Translations under genes and position numbers: made by a program
The notes under the pieces: model-generated
What the model saw: only the letters and a program-made list of their open reading frames with translations
Told to the model about the DNA's origin: nothing
Database searches by the model: none
Shown here: positions 60,980-64,000 of the stretch, piece after piece
Layout: each line of letters opens with the position of its first letter
How positions within the stretch are numbered: position 1 is the stretch's first letter
Source of the DNA: Gemmatimonadales bacterium
GTDB taxonomy: Bacteria; Gemmatimonadota; Gemmatimonadetes; Gemmatimonadales; GWC2-71-9
Reading direction: 5' to 3'
DNA length: 64,000 bases
Assembly: GCA_965249575.1 (NCBI GenBank)
Contig: OZ252244.1
Span: 3,328,001 to 3,392,000, forward strand

Positions 60980-62139
60980 ATGCTGCAGCCGACCGGACAC
61001 TGGTTTGTGTTCGTCGCTGTGCTCTTTCACCTTGGCGCTCGTGAAATGACCGCGGCCCAGGGCGAAACGTCCGGTATCGCAATCGACTCCGTCCCCACCC
61101 CAGCGGCACCGGATAGTTCGGCAACCTCGAGGGATGATGGTCCGTATTTCTACAAAGGGCTGTCCTACGGAAGCGACGCCAACATAGGGCCTCTGGACGT
61201 TCTCTTGAACAGGGGCTTCGCGGTTGCCCAACAGAGCGGCAGAAACCGCAAGATCTTCGACTATCGGTACGGCACTCGCCATGTCGCCAACTCATTCGCG
61301 CACCCCCTCGAGGCGATCGAACGGGCCGGTGGGTGGTGGGAGGTCATCAGTACGGAAGTCCTCCCGCTCGCCTGGGGGACCGGTTCTATGAAGTGGGCTC
61401 CCAACTACTTTGGGCACGTCATCGAGGGAGGCATCGCCTACCGGCAATTGTGGGAGTGGTTCGAGGCCCGAAATGTCCGGATGCCTGGACTACTGTCGGG
61501 AGTCACTACCATGGCGGCTGCGATGCTGAACGAACTATATGAGCATCCGTACCTGCAAATCGGTTCGGCGTCGACGCTCGTTGACCTTCTCCTCTTTGAC
61601 ACCGGCGGAATCCTCCTGTTCTCAAACGATAGTGTCGCAAGGTTTTTCCCCCGCTCCTTGAAGGCCAATGTGTGGCCCACCCAAGCGGCCATCACGCTCC
61701 CTGACGGACAGATCATGAACAACGGGAACAACCTCACTCTCAAGTTCCCGCTGAGTCCGATCCCCAGCACGTCGATCTTCATGCGAACCGGTCTCAACGC
61801 CCAGCTCGGGCTGACGTTGCACAGCGCCGGGGGGTTGGACTTCAGTGCCGCGGTGGGGATGGATGCCATCCGCATGCTTATCGATCCGGTGACGGGTGAA
61901 GAGACGGCGGACCTGAAGATTGCCGGCAGGTGTTCGTGGACCGGAATGGTTCGCTGCTTGCAAGTGCATATTGGAGCGAGTTTGGGGATCGACGCCTGAG
62001 CGTCAACGTCTATCCCGGAGTCATACCGGTGGCTGGTGGCACCTTTGGTGCCTGGGCTGTCCTGACGGAGAGCTCGGGAATACAGCTTGGGCTCTCGAGC
62101 CGGCATACGTGGGGAGCGGGTTTCGGCTATGGGCGGTAA
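60980..62139 (+). CDS. Secreted/outer-membrane hypothetical protein, frameshift near 61930
   Basis: AGGAAGG RBS, signal peptide, PNYFGH..EGG..YR motif; beta-strand C-terminus continues in ORF 61930-62139. Confidence 0.6.
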
Positions 62140-62221
62140 CTGGCGATCTCTACTGGTCCCATAGCGTTTGAGCCTCCTACTGACCTCGGATGAGCGGGGG
62201 CACGATTAACCACGCGGGAGA

Positions 62222-63187
62222 TCACTCGAGCGTGGCGTAGATCGTCTCGACGAGCTTGAGGTCGCGCTCGGCAATCTCGAAGCTCAGCGCCGGCTCCTTG
62301 CTGGAGCGTAGAGCCCCGAGGAAATCCTTCCACATCCCGCGATAGCCGGCGACGTCACGCAGGTTGGGAATAGAGAGGCGTCGGTTGCGGCCGTGGACGG
62401 CGACAAAGAGGCCGTTTGTTTCAAACGTGATCGACCCCTGCGTACCGGAGATACGTGAGAGCCGTAAGCCGCGAAGCAGGGACGGCACCTCCCACGAGTA
62501 GTGCAGCGTCCCGATCGGGCCACCGCTGTATTCAATCACGACGAGCATGCTTCGATCGGGCTTGCCGTCTCGTCCTGGCTGAAAGCCCCGAATGGACTCG
62601 ATCGAGAAGCCGAGATTGCTTAGGAAGTCGATCCAGTGAATGCCGCCCTCGAACAGCGCACCGCTTCCCGAGACGGCTGGATCGTCGCGCCAGCCCTGTG
62701 TCCGCTGCATTCGAAGTGCGTTGACTTGCAGAAAGAGCGGGCGCCCCACCACGCCGTCACCGAGTAGATCGCGCAACACTCCCAAGAGGGGCTTGTAGAA
62801 GTAGTTCTCCGCCACAAACATCCGGCGTCCCGTTTCAGAGCACACGCGCCGCACGGTGGCGAAGTCGGCGGCACGCAAGAATGGTGGTTTCTCGACGATT
62901 ACGTCCTTGCCAGCGCGCAACGCGGAGAGTGTGAGATCCAGGTGGCTCACGGGAGGAGTGGCGACCACTATCACTCCCACCGACGGATCGTGGATTGCCG
63001 CGTCATAAGATCCGAACGCGCCACGCCCCCCGAAGCGGGCGTTGTATTCCTGAGCTTTACTGAGCACACGACTCGCGTAGCGCATGTCAACATCTCTCGC
63101 GACCTTGGCGAGCGTCTTGCTGTGGGTGAGTGTCACCGATCCGCAGCCGAGAAAAGCTATCGAGATCGGTGAGTCACTCTGCCTCAT
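62222..63187 (-). CDS. Gfo/Idh/MocA family oxidoreductase
   Basis: FLGCG Rossmann motif, VATPP..H, VEKP, GALFEGGIHWID. Confidence 0.92.
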   Translation of the reverse strand: MRQSDSPISIAFLGCGSVTLTHSKTLAKVARDVDMRYASRVLSKAQEYNARFGGRGAFGSYDAAIHDPSVGVIVVATPPVSHLDLTLSALRAGKDVIVEKPPFLRAADFATVRRVCSETGRRMFVAENYFYKPLLGVLRDLLGDGVVGRPLFLQVNALRMQRTQGWRDDPAVSGSGALFEGGIHWIDFLSNLGFSIESIRGFQPGRDGKPDRSMLVVIEYSGGPIGTLHYSWEVPSLLRGLRLSRISGTQGSITFETNGLFVAVHGRNRRLSIPNLRDVAGYRGMWKDFLGALRSSKEPALSFEIAERDLKLVETIYATLE

Positions 63188-64000
63188 TGAGGGCCTCCGT
63201 TGGATGAGGCGGAAGCGACGTGTTCCCCAACACGGAGTGCGTTCGCGCAGATGGTCAGGGAGGGGTTAACGCCGCCGGCCATCGGAAGAGCACTCCCATC
63301 GACGACATAAAGATTCTCGAGTCCACGGAAGCGGCACTGTGGATCGAGCGGTGCGGACGAGGGATCGTCGCCCATCCGCACCGTGCCCAGTGCGTGGGAG
63401 AGCGTGAGGATCGGATGGACATAGCAGAACGCCGCTCCGGCGCTTCGTAATATGCGACGAGAGGCCGCAATAAGTGCTCGTCGGGCGGGGACGTCGCGAC
63501 GGGAGTAGCGGTGGTGAATGACCGCACGAGGGAGCCCGTATCGGTCCTGCGCGCTTGAGTTGAGGATTACGCGGTTCTCGGCCCGAGGCTGGTCCTCGGC
63601 GATTGCTACGAGGCCTATCATGTGCGATGTGGCCGCTGATGCCAGCCCCCCCAGCGGAGCCGGAAGTATTGACCGGAGGAGACCGGGTGGGGGCGGGTGG
63701 ATTTGCTGGATGATGCCGAGCTTCCCGGGGTGGGCGACGCTCTCGTGTCCGAAGTAATAGTCGAAGAAGCACAGCTGCTTGTGGAAGTCGCGTACTCCCG
63801 GTACGCGCCGTGGGAAGAAGCCATACACGATCGCGCTGCAATGGCGCATGAGATACCGGCCTACTGCGCCACCCGCCGGGTTCAAGTGATTCAGACCAGA
63901 GGAGAGCAGCAGGTGCGCCGTCGCCACCGCACCGGCTGCGAGCACGTACGTCCGCGCCCGGTAGGAGATCCAACGATGACGTGCCCGATCGTGACAGACT
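63184..64000 (-). CDS. GMC family oxidoreductase, 5'-partial
   Basis: VLAAGAV, VGRYLMRH, HALGTVRMG, NLYVVDGS, NPSLTICANALR; frame open to the window edge. Confidence 0.9.
   Translation of the reverse strand, partial: VCHDRARHRWISYRARTYVLAAGAVATAHLLLSSGLNHLNPAGGAVGRYLMRHCSAIVYGFFPRRVPGVRDFHKQLCFFDYYFGHESVAHPGKLGIIQQIHPPPPGLLRSILPAPLGGLASAATSHMIGLVAIAEDQPRAENRVILNSSAQDRYGLPRAVIHHRYSRRDVPARRALIAASRRILRSAGAAFCYVHPILTLSHALGTVRMGDDPSSAPLDPQCRFRGLENLYVVDGSALPMAGGVNPSLTICANALRVGEHVASASSNGGPQ

Noticed and set aside
60725..64000. Genomic island integrated at tRNA-Val
   Set aside because: No integrase and no duplicated tRNA-Val 3' end within the window.

Overview
GC-rich bacterial window. The gene content (several Hanks-type Ser/Thr kinases, DUF885, DUF5916, LVIVD-like propellers, M16 pair, MoxR/Bat operon) suggests a Gemmatimonadota-like genome; this is inference, no search was run, and all family names come from recognising the proteins by eye. 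The first ~8.2 kb is cut by five degenerate direct repeats built on the 3' half of a CAT-anticodon tRNA. These carry shared flanking arms and insertions in the T-loop, and they delimit ~0.8-3 kb integrase-free gene cassettes (Na/Pi transporter-phoU, FAD oxidase, SMP-30-like protein, gene scraps). A patchwork of secreted-protein genes and pseudogenes follows, then a P450-ferredoxin-panB operon. At 31-34.5 kb lies a MerR-led metal operon with a perfect merO-like palindrome and no merA; its HMA protein has an in-frame TGA in the metal motif (GMT-U-PTC, candidate selenoprotein). Further right are a four-gene GT2/HlyD/TolC-like/degenerate-GGDEF exopolysaccharide operon, the moxR-DUF58-batA-E operon, an M16 peptidase pair, a PAS-PAS-REC gene and tRNA-Val(CAC). 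Several genes are frameshifted or truncated, from either decay or sequencing/assembly error. No CRISPR array, rRNA, integrase or transposase was seen.
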